From Desulfobacterales bacterium (GTDB lineage: Bacteria; Desulfobacterota; Desulfobacteria; Desulfobacterales; UBA2174): DNA of 64,000 bases. Each line of letters begins with the position of its first letter. Within the stretch, counting starts at the first letter, position 1. Under the pieces are notes generated by a model. It saw nothing but the letters and a program-made list of their open reading frames with translations, ran no database searches and was not told where the DNA came from. The stretch spans positions 256,001 through 320,000 of the forward strand of contig CAXXWC010000019.1 of the NCBI GenBank assembly GCA_963668645.2. Direction: 5' to 3'. Shown in pieces: positions 62,625 through 64,000 of the stretch. A program made the position numbers and the translations under genes.

Positions 62625-64000
62625 TCAGGCCACGGCGCGGCCTTGTATTTCCCGCTTGAGGCGCTGGCGCTCACCGATAGGCAGGGTCAGGGTCGGATCT
62701 TTGCGAATGCGCAGTTTCTGCATGAAAAAAACCACCACCCAGAGTCCGATCCCCATGGCGTCCACCAGCAACGTGGGCAGATCGACCCAGAATACGATCC
62801 AGTTGATCAGGTGCGGGAAAAAGAGCAGCAGGGTCGACAGGGCGGCGATGATCCACTCGAAAACCGTCATCCCGCAAAGGAAGTAGCCCATGGTGAGACT
62901 GCCGAAGGCGATGGTCCCCAGCACGATGGTGACCCAGGTGGAGGCCACCTGATAGGCGGGCATGATGTAACCGGGGCCGCCGAGGAGAAATCCCGGTGAA
63001 AAGGCAAAAAGGAAAGGTCCCACATAGAGCATCTTGGCGAACTTGAACGAAGTCCAGCCGGTTTTCCACGGGTCCGAGCCGGCGATGGCCGCCCCGGCAT
63101 AGGCCGCCACGCAGACCGGCGGGGTGATGTTGGAATCCTGGCTGAACCAGTAGACGATCATGTGCGAGGCGATCAGGGCAAAGGCCACCTGCCCCATGAT
63201 CAGGTCGCGCTGCGGGTCTCCCGGCAACAGATCGCCCAGGGGCAGCTGGAGTTCCATGAACCCCACCCCCCAGTGGATGCGGCAGATCATATCGGCCAGG
63301 GCCCCCACGGCCAGAACGGCGGTGATCAGGTAGGCGGCGGTCACCGGTACCCCCATGCCGAGGACCAGCGAGGCCATCCCCACGAGCAGGATGGCGATCA
63401 CCAGCTGCCCGGAGGAGAGTTCGATGATGATCTGGGAAAAACGCAGGCCGATGCCGGTGAGCTGGATCGTGCCCACGATGATGCCGATCACCCCCACGGT
63501 GGCCCCGATGATCAGGGTGTTGCGGGCCCCTTCGTCCATGGCGGCAAGGATCTGCTTGGGACCCATGCGGTTGTCGGCGGTCAACCAACTGACGCCGATG
63601 CAGGACAAGACAGCCCAGAACGCCGCATAGCCCGGCGAGTACCCGAGGAGCATCATCACCACGATCACCAGGAGCGGAATCGACATGAACCATTGCTGTT
63701 TGAGGATCTGCCAGGCGGTGGGGGCGCCCTCTTCGCGGATGCCCACCAGACCGTAGCGCTTGGCCTCGAAATGAACCATCACGAAGACCGACAGAAAGTA
63801 GATCAGCGCCGGGAAGATGGCCATGAGCATGATCTTGACGTAGGGGATCTCGGTCATCTCGGCCATGATGAAGCCGCCGGCGCCCATGATGGGCGGCATG
63901 AACATGCCGCCGATGGACGAAGCCGGTTCGATGGCCCCGGCCACGTGGGGCTTGAATCCGGCCTTTTTCATCAAGGGGATGGTAAAGGCGCCGGTGGACA
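62625..64000 (-). CDS. TRAP fused permease (TAXI-type DctQM), 5'-truncated by window edge
   Basis: PPIMGAGGF, GMGVPVTAAY, ITPPVCVAAYAGA. Confidence 0.88.
   Translation of the reverse strand, partial: STGAFTIPLMKKAGFKPHVAGAIEPASSIGGMFMPPIMGAGGFIMAEMTEIPYVKIMLMAIFPALIYFLSVFVMVHFEAKRYGLVGIREEGAPTAWQILKQQWFMSIPLLVIVVMMLLGYSPGYAAFWAVLSCIGVSWLTADNRMGPKQILAAMDEGARNTLIIGATVGVIGIIVGTIQLTGIGLRFSQIIIELSSGQLVIAILLVGMASLVLGMGVPVTAAYLITAVLAVGALADMICRIHWGVGFMELQLPLGDLLPGDPQRDLIMGQVAFALIASHMIVYWFSQDSNITPPVCVAAYAGAAIAGSDPWKTGWTSFKFAKMLYVGPFLFAFSPGFLLGGPGYIMPAYQVASTWVTIVLGTIAFGSLTMGYFLCGMTVFEWIIAALSTLLLFFPHLINWIVFWVDLPTLLVDAMGIGLWVVVFFMQKLRIRKDPTLTLPIGERQRLKREIQGRAVA

Noticed and set aside
9837..64000. Many long antisense and alternate-frame ORFs (for example 11935-13545, 16133-17761, 30358-32022, 58499-59947)
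   Set aside because: Shadow ORFs expected from high-GC codon bias over well-supported genes
1..64000. CRISPR array, rRNA, intact transposase or phage genes
   Set aside because: No regularly spaced repeats or diagnostic motifs seen by eye

Overview
GC-rich bacterial chromosome segment; gene content and order suggest a Desulfobacterota-like (sulfate-reducer-type) deltaproteobacterium, which is an inference only. 1-15.9 kb is accessory. It holds the 3' part of a HAO-family multiheme cytochrome c, a sigma-54-driven ZraP-like/SHOCT/RseC operon, and a decayed mosaic at about 2.9-9.8 kb (RelE/ParE-type TA relic, a cassette-like methyltransferase gene with an attC site, a fragmented group II intron RT, an AT-rich 7TM-PAS-GGDEF gene, MFS fragments). 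It ends with a complete cyoABCDE bo3-type quinol oxidase operon and a TPR gene. 16-36 kb is housekeeping: tRNA-Gln, gltX, rpmF, fabG-acpP-fabF, rpiB, glyA, nrdR, rib genes, nusB, ispG, proS, rel, rpmB, bamD, trxA, purN. 36-64 kb holds a TraB-family gene, an orphan CbbQ/NorQ plus VWA pair, a MarR-linked glycine betaine ABC transporter, a Liv-type ABC transporter and two GntR regulators. It also has an apparent operon joining a divergent AOR-family oxidoreductase, a ferredoxin, a TRAP transporter and 5-oxoprolinase pxpABC, followed by mdh, a USP and a partial TAXI-type TRAP permease. No CRISPR array, rRNA or intact mobile element was seen. All family assignments come from motif recognition, not database searches.
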